Program-made: the position numbers and the translations under genes
Notes under the pieces: generated by a model
Databases searched by the model: none
The model's input: the letters and a program-made list of their open reading frames with translations, nothing else
What the model was told of the DNA's origin: nothing
Shown here: positions 56,266 to 64,000 of the stretch, piece by piece
How positions within the stretch are numbered: the first letter of the stretch is position 1
Layout of the letters: each line of letters begins with the position of its first letter
NCBI GenBank assembly: GCA_964594155.1
Contig: CAZQLH010000001.1
Span: 74,132 to 138,131 of the forward strand
Direction of reading: 5' to 3'
DNA from: an uncultured Candidatus Saccharibacteria bacterium
GTDB taxonomy: Bacteria; Patescibacteriota; Minisyncoccia; Portnoybacterales; UBA2143
Length of the DNA stretch: 64,000 bases

Positions 56266-56763
56266 TTATCTAATCGCTCTTAAAAATGGCTGAATTATTT
56301 TATCAACAAATTCCAAACAGCTTTCTCTGTCTATGTAAAACCAGCCAATAAAACCCAGAATTAAAACAAGAATTAATATTCCTAAAAATGAACGGCTGAT
56401 AAAAAGGCGGAATATTTTGCTAATCCAAAGTTTTCTTTCTGATTTTTCCATTTTATCTAATTTTCTTTCCAAGCTGAAATCATAATACTTATAAAATTCA
56501 ACTTTGTCAATTAAAAATTTCTTTAGATTGTTTTGATAAAACCTGCTATCAGGATTTTGCTCTAACAACAATAAAAGACCAGCAAATTTAATTGCTTCTG
56601 TATTATCAATATTCTCTAAAATTATTTTAATTTCAGAAGACCATTGAAACCATTTGGTCTTATCTTCTTTTAATGAATCTAAAAGCTCTTTTCTGCTTTC
56701 TATTTCAAGAAACTTTTTAGAAAGCTTTTCTAATTTTTTAACTAATTTTTTCTTAGAAAACAT
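56266..56763 (-). CDS. Hypothetical protein with a C-terminal TM anchor, first gene of the export operon
   Basis: 165 aa. It is hydrophilic with a C-terminal TM (GILILVLILGFIGWFYI). No family motif. Confidence 0.3.
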   Translation of the reverse strand: MFSKKKLVKKLEKLSKKFLEIESRKELLDSLKEDKTKWFQWSSEIKIILENIDNTEAIKFAGLLLLLEQNPDSRFYQNNLKKFLIDKVEFYKYYDFSLERKLDKMEKSERKLWISKIFRLFISRSFLGILILVLILGFIGWFYIDRESCLEFVDKIIQPFLRAIR

Positions 56764-56904
56764 AATGCTATTATTTTACCATAATTATAAATTAATTGAA
56801 AGATTAAAAGGCCTTACACATTGCCAAATTAATTTGACAAATATAATTATATTTAATATAATAATATTAGTTTTTATAATAATTAATAAAAAAGGAGGGG
56901 GAAA

Positions 56905-57132
56905 TTGACAACAAGAAAAGAATTAGAAAAAAAGATAGTTGACTTAGAAGCCGAACTTGCGCAGATTAAACAAATATTAAGTATTTGCGCAAGCTGCCAC
57001 AAAATTCGCGAAGAAAAAGAATGGTATCCAGTCGCAGATTTTCTTACAAAAAAATTCGGAATAATATTCAGCCACAGCATCTGTCCTGAATGCGTAAAAA
57101 AAACTCTACCGTTTGTGTCTTACAAAAAATAA
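56905..57132 (+). CDS. Small coiled-coil / Cys4 zinc-ribbon protein, TTG start
   Basis: 75 aa. A strong RBS GGAGGGGG lies 6 nt upstream of the TTG. The N-terminal coiled coil KELEKKIVDLEAELAQIKQ is followed by ICASCHKIR...SHSICPEC (CxxC...CxxC). It is the only plus-strand gene in the 48-64 kb stretch. Confidence 0.45.
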   Translation: MTTRKELEKKIVDLEAELAQIKQILSICASCHKIREEKEWYPVADFLTKKFGIIFSHSICPECVKKTLPFVSYKK

Positions 57133-57917
57133 ATTGAACCAATCACCAACAGCCCAAAAATCAACACAAAATAGCCAAAGTTAATTCTTTTGGCTATTTT
57201 TAATAGCATATCAATGGTTAATAAGCCGAAAATAAAAGAGAAAATTAATCCCAAAATTAATTCAGCTGAAAAGATTAAATTATTAAAATTAAGAATAATA
57301 TTGCCTGCTAAAACAATTGGCAAGCTCATTAAAAAACTCAACCTTAAAGCGTCTTGATCATCAAACTTTCTTAAAAGCAAAGCTGAAACAGTTAATCCAG
57401 AACGGGATAATCCTGGCAAAACAGCCAACCCCTGCATTAAGCCTAATAAAATACTATCTGTATTTTTCAAATCATTTGGCTTCTTATACCCCTGCTTAGA
57501 CGATTTAATTTGCAGATAAGCAGTAATAAGAAGAAGCAAGCCAATCACTAAAGTAATTGCTTTAGCTGATAAAGATAATTGCTCTTCCAAGTTAATAAAG
57601 ATTTTAAGCAGAGCAAATCCTAAAAATCCGCTGATTAAAAAACTTATAAAAAGAAACTTAAAGATTTTCTGTGTTTCAGTATTAGCTGATTTGTAATTAA
57701 ACATCGTTTTAATCAAAGATAAAACATCTTTGCGAAAATATACTAAAGCAGCTAAAAATGTTCCTAAATGAAGAAACAGCGCTTGTTTAACTGCTATTTC
57801 TATAGTTATTCCGTCTTTTAAAAAATTCTCTGTAATCAGAACTATTACTCCTTCAGAGCTAACTGGAAGCCATTCAGTAATTCCTTGAACAATGCCTAAA
57901 ATTATTTGTTCTAACAT
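57120..57917 (-). CDS. uppP: Undecaprenyl-diphosphatase UppP (BacA)
   Basis: 265-aa membrane protein with the BacA motifs GITEWLPVSSEG and PGLSRSG. Confidence 0.85.
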   Translation of the reverse strand: MLEQIILGIVQGITEWLPVSSEGVIVLITENFLKDGITIEIAVKQALFLHLGTFLAALVYFRKDVLSLIKTMFNYKSANTETQKIFKFLFISFLISGFLGFALLKIFINLEEQLSLSAKAITLVIGLLLLITAYLQIKSSKQGYKKPNDLKNTDSILLGLMQGLAVLPGLSRSGLTVSALLLRKFDDQDALRLSFLMSLPIVLAGNIILNFNNLIFSAELILGLIFSFIFGLLTIDMLLKIAKRINFGYFVLIFGLLVIGSIYFL

Positions 57918-57938
57918 AACAACTTATCTAATATTTTC

Positions 57939-58124
57939 TTAACTATTTTTACCAAAAGATGCCTTGGATCTTCTTGTTGCATAATTAATTTTATCGCTAT
58001 CTAAGCTTTTACCTAAACGCCATAACAAAGAAGCAATTTCAATTTTCCTATCAGCTGACATTTTTTTAAAAATCTCATCTTGAATTTCTTGAGCTGTTTT
58101 GTTTTTAGGATATTTCTTTTTCAT
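57939..58124 (-). CDS. Small basic hypothetical protein
   Basis: 61 aa, Lys/Arg-rich, with no motif. It is a plausible short gene given the tight spacing, but unsupported. Confidence 0.25.
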   Translation of the reverse strand: MKKKYPKNKTAQEIQDEIFKKMSADRKIEIASLLWRLGKSLDSDKINYATRRSKASFGKNS

Positions 58125-58163
58125 ACCTGTATTTTAACATCAAAAGACCGCCCTGAACAATGC

Positions 58164-58472
58164 TTAAATTGCTAAAATAATTATTATAATCGCAATAATG
58201 CCTAAACAATAAAGCAAAGTATAGGCAAAAATAGATATTCCATCTTTAATTTTTCCATTAAGAGCTAAATAAGCTGGATAGCCAAAAACTATGGCCCCGG
58301 TTACTGCAGCTGAAAAAACAAGAATAGTCAGCATTAAAGCCGCTATTAAAAAATTAGGCGGGGTTATAGCAATCTTTTCCATGGCCCAGAAAAAACCGCT
58401 GATTAAAAAACAATAAGCAGTTACTCCCAAGGCCTGCAAAAGCCCGATTAAAGATTGTCTTGTTTTATCCAT
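58164..58472 (-). CDS. Small membrane protein, hypothetical
   Basis: 102 aa with three hydrophobic segments. Confidence 0.3.
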   Translation of the reverse strand: MDKTRQSLIGLLQALGVTAYCFLISGFFWAMEKIAITPPNFLIAALMLTILVFSAAVTGAIVFGYPAYLALNGKIKDGISIFAYTLLYCLGIIAIIIIILAI

Positions 58473-58576
58473 AATATTATTCTCCTTTCTATCTATATTA
58501 TATCAGAAAGTTGATATTAATAAAATAAAAAAGCCATGCTGTCTTCATAACAACATAGCTTTTTTTTGAAAATTCT

Positions 58577-58921
58577 TTATTCTGGAACAGAATTCCGATA
58601 AAGCGCGCGAAAAACATTGCGAGCGTCTTCAAGAGAATGATTTCTACAGCTCCAAATCATGACTCCATTCTCAAATTGACAACCATGAAAAAGAGAAAAC
58701 TCAACATCAGTCATTAAATTAATATAAGATATCAAAGCAGGAATTTCTTGTTTGCCAAAAAAATAGATGTCTATAAATCCCCATACAGGACTATAAACTA
58801 CTACTGTATTGACATATTTTCCCATCTCTGATTTTTGAAATTCAATTCTATTAAAATTTTCTTCCCAAAATCCAACCTGAGGAAGAGTTCCCCTTACCTC
58901 CATATATCTATACTTATCCAT
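58577..58921 (-). CDS. Hypothetical protein
   Basis: 114 aa with no recognisable motif. A hairpin followed by a T-run (about 58531-58568) lies downstream on the minus strand. Confidence 0.3.
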   Translation of the reverse strand: MDKYRYMEVRGTLPQVGFWEENFNRIEFQKSEMGKYVNTVVVYSPVWGFIDIYFFGKQEIPALISYINLMTDVEFSLFHGCQFENGVMIWSCRNHSLEDARNVFRALYRNSVPE

Positions 58922-58985
58922 AGTCCCCCCTTAATATTTAAAATTAAAATAACTAAAAAACATAATAACAAATCCTGCTGTTCTG

Positions 58986-60155
58986 TCAATTATATTCAAT
59001 AACTTCTATTTCTCTAATAGCTTTTGAAATTAATTTATCTAAATCTAATTCTTTTTCTAATTCCTTGATTATTTCTAATTTAGCTGCAGCGGTCTGTCGC
59101 TTGGGGACAAATAAAGTGCAGCAATCTTCCTGGGGTTTAATAGAAATATTAAAAGTTTTAATTTGTTCAGCTAAAGAAATTATTTCTTCTTTATCCATCC
59201 CAATTAATGGCTGGAAAATAGGGATCATTATATTCTCCTGGGTTATCTGGAAATTAGGCAAGGTTTGAGAACTAACCTGACCTAAGCTTTCTCCAGTAAC
59301 CAAAGCCTGATAATTTTCCTTTTGAGCAATGTCTTGGGCAATTTCTAACATTAATTTCCTGTAGAAAATAACTCGGTACTTAGCTAAGATTTTTATTTTT
59401 ATTTCCTTTTGAATTTCTGAAAAAGGAATAAGATAAAGTTTTAATTTTGACTGGTAATTTAAAAATACTTTAGCTAATTCTTTTGTCTTTTCAATGCTTG
59501 CCTTGGAAACCAAAGGAAAACTATGAAAATGAAGCCAAATATTTTCTGCGCCTCTTTTAGCTATTAAATAAGCAGCCACTGGAGAATCTATTCCCCCGGA
59601 AATTAAAGTTAATACTTTTCCTTGACTGCCTACTGGCAAACCGCCAGATCCTTTTTGTTTTTTAAAATAAATAAACCAGCCATGTTTTCTTCCTTCAATA
59701 AAAATTTCTTTTTTAGGATTATCAAGATTAACCTTTCTCTCTATATTCTCGGCAATCTCTTTTATTGCTTGCTCTGTTCTTTTTTTAACCAAAGGCCCCT
59801 TTTTAATCCTTAAAGCAAAACTTTCGTCTTTTTTAATCCAATCTTGGTAATTCTCTTTGACAAAATTATTCATTTGTTCAAAGCTTGCTTCTTCTAAAAA
59901 GCAAGCTTGAGCAAACCAAACAAGACCAAAAACCTTCTCTAAAACAGATGAAGTTTTTTTAAAATCTTTTGTTTTAACAAAGATTCTTTCACGCCAAGGA
60001 TAAATCTCAAACTCAATCTTTTGTTTTTTTAATAAAGAAGAAAGATTATTATTTAATCTCTTCTTTAATATCTTTTGAACTCCTTCTGACTTTAAAAAAA
60101 GCTCTCCAAAAGCCAAAATAAACCCTTGTTTTATTTTATTATCTTTATTATCCAT
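58986..60155 (-). CDS. thiI: tRNA sulfurtransferase ThiI (s4U8 synthase; THUMP + PP-loop ATPase)
   Basis: 389 aa with a THUMP-like N-terminal half and the PP-loop LISGGIDSPVAAY. The rhodanese domain is absent (short form). Confidence 0.8.
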   Translation of the reverse strand: MDNKDNKIKQGFILAFGELFLKSEGVQKILKKRLNNNLSSLLKKQKIEFEIYPWRERIFVKTKDFKKTSSVLEKVFGLVWFAQACFLEEASFEQMNNFVKENYQDWIKKDESFALRIKKGPLVKKRTEQAIKEIAENIERKVNLDNPKKEIFIEGRKHGWFIYFKKQKGSGGLPVGSQGKVLTLISGGIDSPVAAYLIAKRGAENIWLHFHSFPLVSKASIEKTKELAKVFLNYQSKLKLYLIPFSEIQKEIKIKILAKYRVIFYRKLMLEIAQDIAQKENYQALVTGESLGQVSSQTLPNFQITQENIMIPIFQPLIGMDKEEIISLAEQIKTFNISIKPQEDCCTLFVPKRQTAAAKLEIIKELEKELDLDKLISKAIREIEVIEYN

Positions 60156-60159
60156 AATC

Positions 60160-60450
60160 TTATTTTATATTAAATTTATTTTTATAAACTTCTTCTAATA
60201 TTTCTAAGGACGCTTGAACTGATGGGTTGTCAGTATTCTTTAATACCAACCTATCTTTGTATTTATTGTACAAAAAACCCAAAAACTCATCACCCCAAGA
60301 TGGTGTAAAAGTTATAACGCCCTCAAAGTCAACAATAATTTTTTCATCTTTTTTAACTTCTCTTAGAGAAGACTTAAAAGCAGTAATTGATTCCCTGCCA
60401 AATTGCCGACTATTTAAAGTTGTGCCGAATTTTTTAAGATATATAGTCAT
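60160..60450 (-). CDS. Small STAS-like / DUF4325-like protein (putative partner of the adjacent GHKL kinase)
   Basis: 96 aa reading KIIVDFEGVITFTPSWGDEFLG, which resembles STAS/anti-sigma-antagonist-like domains. It starts 4 nt after the upstream gene's stop. The family call is tentative. Confidence 0.35.
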   Translation of the reverse strand: MTIYLKKFGTTLNSRQFGRESITAFKSSLREVKKDEKIIVDFEGVITFTPSWGDEFLGFLYNKYKDRLVLKNTDNPSVQASLEILEEVYKNKFNIK

Positions 60451-60454
60451 TTTT

Positions 60455-61195
60455 TTAAAATTTAATTAATGCTAAACAACCTTGTAAATAAATATTTGAT
60501 TTTTCGATATTTAAATTAACCCTACTTTTATTAATTTTAAGCTTTGCATCACCAGTTTGAAAAATCAAATTTATTTCATTGTCAGCAACAACATTTCTAA
60601 CAAACTTTAATCCATTACCGCGATGCTCTGGAGCGCGTCCAGAGATTACTTCGTTAAAGGCAACATCTAACGCCTTCTGATGAGTTGATAATTTTGGTCT
60701 AACTTTTTTCAACGTTGCCAATATTCCCTGGCCTCTATCTGCTAAAACTATCTTTTTTCCATGTAAATCATAGGCAAAAAATACACCTGGAATATCTGGC
60801 CATTTACCTAAATTATGATCAAAAGAATTATTACCGATTTCGCCTGTAATAGCCGAAATCAAAGGGAATATTTTACCTAATTCTCTTATTTCCCCTAATT
60901 TACCTTCTAATTTTACTAATCGTGCTTGGAATACCGAACTATCAAGGCAATAAAAATCAGGATAGAATTCTGTCTTTAAATCACTTACAACCCAACTTCT
61001 TGCTAATTTAACAAGTAAACTTCTTGTATTATTTTTTATATAATTATCAACATCACTTCTTCTATAATATCTATGTCCAGTTATTCCTTTGCGAACTGAA
61101 GATAACTTATCAATATCATCCCACCGCCGTAAAGTTTGAATAGAAACGCCAAATATTTTAGACACTTGACCAATTGTTAGTAATTTTGAATTCAT
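60455..61195 (-). CDS. MerR-family HTH fused to a GHKL (RsbW/SpoIIAB-like) serine-kinase / anti-sigma ATPase domain
   Basis: The N-terminal LLTIGQVSKIFGVSIQTLRRWDDIDKL is a MerR HTH. The N-box is EIGNNSFDHN, the G1 box is ADRGQGI (DxGxG) and the G2 box is GNGLKFV. Confidence 0.6.
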   Translation of the reverse strand: MNSKLLTIGQVSKIFGVSIQTLRRWDDIDKLSSVRKGITGHRYYRRSDVDNYIKNNTRSLLVKLARSWVVSDLKTEFYPDFYCLDSSVFQARLVKLEGKLGEIRELGKIFPLISAITGEIGNNSFDHNLGKWPDIPGVFFAYDLHGKKIVLADRGQGILATLKKVRPKLSTHQKALDVAFNEVISGRAPEHRGNGLKFVRNVVADNEINLIFQTGDAKLKINKSRVNLNIEKSNIYLQGCLALIKF

Positions 61196-61275
61196 AATCT
61201 ATACATTATTATATATATCTATAGTATATTACATATAAATCTTTGTCAAATCTATACATCTATAGTTATCCACAG
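61196..61275 (-). promoter_or_regulatory. Repeated TCTATA(C/G) motifs upstream of the MerR-GHKL gene (candidate operator)
   Basis: tctatacat (61197), tctatagta (61219), tctatacatctatag (61252-61266). CTATAG is palindromic. Confidence 0.35.
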
Positions 61276-61300
61276 AATCAAAATAAAATTAAAGTTATTC

Positions 61301-63679
61301 TTAATACCCTGTATTTTCTATTAATTTCTCTAATAAGCTTCTTGGAAAAATTGGCGGATTTTCTGTTAAGGCCTGATGATACAAAACAGTAGAAGGAGTT
61401 AAAGCAGGCAATGTATTCATTTCAATAATCAATAAATCCCCTGTTTTAATATTAGTAAAAGTATCAATTCGCGAATAGCCTTTTAATTTCATCTTATTAA
61501 CCATTTTCCCTATTAAGGACTTAGTTCTATTTAACGCTTTTTTATTCATAATAGTTTCTGGCGGCGGGGTGATATTTACCCCGGTTCCTCCTTGAAACTT
61601 TTCCTCAACTGTTAAAACCTCGCCTTCAGCCACAGTAATGCTTGGATTAAAAACCCTTAATTTGCCTTTGTCCTCAGCTACCCCTATGGTTGTTTCCAGC
61701 CAACCGCTTCTCTGACGATGTTTTAACTTATTCCCTTTAACCCTTAAAACATCTGTTTCTATGAATTTCTCAAAAAGCAGTTCCTTCATTGGCTCTAATG
61801 GCATTTCTAAAATATCATTCTGGTTTTTAAAAGTGTTCTTAGATACAGAAGTTGCCCTTGATTTAATCACTTCAATGTATTTCCTTAATTCATTAACTGA
61901 AAAAAGATGAACTACTCCGGAAGAACAGCCATCAGCGCGCGGTTTAACCACTATTGTATCAGCGTCTAATTCTTGACGCAGTTTTTTCCAAAAATCTTTT
62001 AATCTATTGTTTCTCAGGTTAAATAAATACTTGGTTTGAACAAGTTTTTTAGGAATAGGATTTAATCCCTTGATTTTTAAGCTTTTAATAAATTCAGCTG
62101 TTTTCCATTTATCCATTCCTAATCTAGAAACTCTTTCATCAGGCCCATTAAACTTAACTTTTTGTTCAGCCAATGTTTTCTGTAAATTTCCGTTTTCTCC
62201 ATCTCCGCCATGCAAAGCAATGAAAATAAAATCTGAATCTTTAATAAATTTATCCAAAGCCATGCCGGTTGGCTCAAAAAAATCCTGTTCATCTTTATCT
62301 TCTGATAAATCTAATCTATTTCTGGCTCTTCTTTCAAACATTCCTAATCTTTCTTTAGCTGTCTGGTAATTCCTGCAATTATCAATAATCTCTTCAACAG
62401 TATGGTTTAAAGTTAAATGATAAGGCAAGTGCCAGACCCGTCCGTCAATATCCCATAAATACGGCTGTGGATCATATTTTTTTGAATTGCGAAGTTTTAA
62501 CCAGGTATTGGTTCCGCTCATTAAAGAAACCTGTCTTTCTGAAGTATCTCCGCCAAAAAGAATATTGATTGGTTTTCTTTTTCTTTTGATTTTTAAATAA
62601 TTCTTGTTTTTCTCTTCTGGAAAACTAATATTATGGCGAAAACAGGCCTGTTTAACAATATATCTTAAAATATCTCTATGACTCATCCCCACTCTTGATG
62701 CTTGCTGGAATAAAAAGCTGTTTTGTTCCATTCCGCTAATCGGATTAAAATCAGAAAACCATATTTTGTTATCAGGCAGAACCCAGCCGTCAAATCTGCC
62801 AAAATCTTCCATTTCTAAAAGAGAAAATAACTGTTCTGCTTGTGTTTGAATTGTTTCTATTGTTTCATTGTTGAACCGAGGCGGACAATGATAAGTTACT
62901 TGTCGAGTAGGCAAATATTTTTTTCTGTAATCAAAAATCTGATGCTTAGTATAATCTGCCTCTATTTCTGTTGGAACTAAAGCCACGGGCAAGCCAAAGC
63001 GATTCTTTAGGATAATCACTGTAAATTCTATGCCTTGAACAAATGGCTCTATCACCACCCGCTTATCCATTCGTTTAGAAAAAAGCAATTTTGCTTTTTC
63101 CAACGCTTCTTCAGGAGTAGACACGGAAAAAACACCAATACTGGAACCGCCAGCAGCCGGCTTAACCACAGCTCGCTTAATATTATGTTTTTCAAAAAAA
63201 CTCTTTATAACTTGCTTATGATTATTATAATGTATTTTCAAAACATCTGAAGGAAAACCAAAAAAACCATGCTGCTTGATAAACTCATTGGCAATATATT
63301 TATCAAAAGCTCTTTTACATGTTTTAGAATCAGAACCAATAAAAGGAATATTATTCTTTTCAAAAAAGCTTTGGATTCCGCCATCTTCGCCAAAAGCGCC
63401 ATGTATCACTGGAAAAGCAATATCTGCTTTTTTAAGCAAGCGAATTAAAGATTGATCAGCCAAAGGCGAAGCAGTCTGTTTTAATTTAAAATCAAAATCT
63501 GAAGGAGTATTAGAATAAAGCTGGGAAATAGAAATCTGATAAGGGTTCTTTTTGGAATCAAAATAAAAAGGGATGATTTCAATTTTATCAGAACTCAAAT
63601 GATCTAAAACAGACCGAGCTGAATTCAATGAAATTCCCCTTTCCAATGAAGGCCCTCCGCAAACCAACGCTACTTTCAT
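61301..63679 (-). CDS. Tandem fusion of two D-alanine--D-alanine ligase-like ATP-grasp modules (792 aa)
   Basis: The Ddl N-terminal signature occurs twice: MKVALVCGGPSLERGISLNSARSV and, at about residue 370, PINILFGGDTSERQVSLMSGTNT. Each is followed by an ATP-grasp-like region. Confidence 0.7.
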   Translation of the reverse strand: MKVALVCGGPSLERGISLNSARSVLDHLSSDKIEIIPFYFDSKKNPYQISISQLYSNTPSDFDFKLKQTASPLADQSLIRLLKKADIAFPVIHGAFGEDGGIQSFFEKNNIPFIGSDSKTCKRAFDKYIANEFIKQHGFFGFPSDVLKIHYNNHKQVIKSFFEKHNIKRAVVKPAAGGSSIGVFSVSTPEEALEKAKLLFSKRMDKRVVIEPFVQGIEFTVIILKNRFGLPVALVPTEIEADYTKHQIFDYRKKYLPTRQVTYHCPPRFNNETIETIQTQAEQLFSLLEMEDFGRFDGWVLPDNKIWFSDFNPISGMEQNSFLFQQASRVGMSHRDILRYIVKQACFRHNISFPEEKNKNYLKIKRKRKPINILFGGDTSERQVSLMSGTNTWLKLRNSKKYDPQPYLWDIDGRVWHLPYHLTLNHTVEEIIDNCRNYQTAKERLGMFERRARNRLDLSEDKDEQDFFEPTGMALDKFIKDSDFIFIALHGGDGENGNLQKTLAEQKVKFNGPDERVSRLGMDKWKTAEFIKSLKIKGLNPIPKKLVQTKYLFNLRNNRLKDFWKKLRQELDADTIVVKPRADGCSSGVVHLFSVNELRKYIEVIKSRATSVSKNTFKNQNDILEMPLEPMKELLFEKFIETDVLRVKGNKLKHRQRSGWLETTIGVAEDKGKLRVFNPSITVAEGEVLTVEEKFQGGTGVNITPPPETIMNKKALNRTKSLIGKMVNKMKLKGYSRIDTFTNIKTGDLLIIEMNTLPALTPSTVLYHQALTENPPIFPRSLLEKLIENTGY

Positions 63680-63694
63680 ATTTTTGCAAAAAAT

Positions 63695-64000
63695 TTAACT
63701 TTTTCTTTTAGCTCTATAAATCAGGAGCAAAGCCGCAGCAGCCAAAACTAAAACAATTATCATCCAGGCATTGCCGTTAGCTTCTTTAATAAAAGCTAAT
63801 AATATTCCTTGGTCAAGCTGGGCAAGATCTGAAAAAGCAAGTTTGGCAAAATATATTTCATTTCCATTTTCTCCTCTTGTATCCTGCCAGACAAAAGCAT
63901 ATTGAGAAGTCCCTAAGGCAATTATTGGCTTGATAGCTTCTTGATTTGTTTGAGAAATTTGAACTAATTCATTTTTCCAATGTCCTTTTTCATCAAGATT
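63695..64000 (-). CDS. Partial ORF (N-terminus outside the window) ending in a C-terminal TM anchor plus basic tail
   Basis: Hand translation gives ...NGNAWMIIVLVLAAAALLLIYRAKRKS with stop at 63697-63695. The frame is open to the window edge. Confidence 0.3.
   Translation of the reverse strand, partial: NLDEKGHWKNELVQISQTNQEAIKPIIALGTSQYAFVWQDTRGENGNEIYFAKLAFSDLAQLDQGILLAFIKEANGNAWMIIVLVLAAAALLLIYRAKRKS

Noticed and set aside
1-64000. CRISPR arrays, rRNA genes, integrases, transposases and phage structural genes
   Set aside because: No regularly spaced direct repeats with unique spacers were seen. There are no rRNA-like stretches and no recombinase, transposase or capsid-like ORFs. The only repeat families are the palindromes reported above.

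Overview
This is a low-GC (about 30%), gene-dense bacterial window, mostly transcribed on the minus strand. Compact housekeeping genes, short intergenic regions and minimal forms of several proteins suggest a reduced genome, possibly of the Patescibacteria/CPR type; that lineage call is an inference from gene content, not a database hit. Main content, in order: (1) the distal half of a dcw cluster (D,D-carboxypeptidase, mraY, ftsW, murG) at 1-4.1 kb; (2) aspS, tRNA-Lys, dnaJ; (3) a surface-polysaccharide locus at 8.2-18.7 kb (two GT4 glycosyltransferases, a DUF4012-like protein, a radical-SAM enzyme, a Wzy-like ligase/polymerase and a Wzz-like copolymerase), interrupted at 14.2-18.1 kb by a GC-richer four-gene cassette of secreted LysM, lipoprotein and C2H2 zinc-finger proteins flanked by a shared motif; (4) grpE-hsp20-dnaK, corA, cysS, dnaB, recR, rplU, a hicB-hicA toxin-antitoxin pair, rmuC, ugd, a CaCA antiporter and a P-type ATPase; (5) tRNA-Glu and the proximal dcw half (mraZ-rsmH-ftsL-ftsI-murF) with a consensus sigma70 promoter and MraZ-box repeats; (6) rplJ-rplL, mltG, pcm, uppS and an RRM RNA-binding protein; (7) a tRNA-Thr/Tyr/Thr - rpmG - tRNA-Trp array; (8) tsf, rpsB, rpmE, an N-terminally truncated class-I release factor, trpS, a DsbD-like oxidoreductase and mnmA; (9) a MacAB-like export operon (HlyD, ATPase, two FtsX permeases), uppP, small ORFs and thiI; (10) a STAS-like protein next to a MerR-HTH::GHKL kinase-like protein; (11) a tandem double D-Ala-D-Ala-ligase-like fusion. 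No rRNA, CRISPR array, integrase or transposase was seen. A family of about 62-bp perfect palindromes built on AAGGAACGTCCTT recurs in intergenic regions, and several GC-rich palindromes stand out against the AT-rich background. All protein calls rest on motif recognition in the supplied translations; no searches were run.
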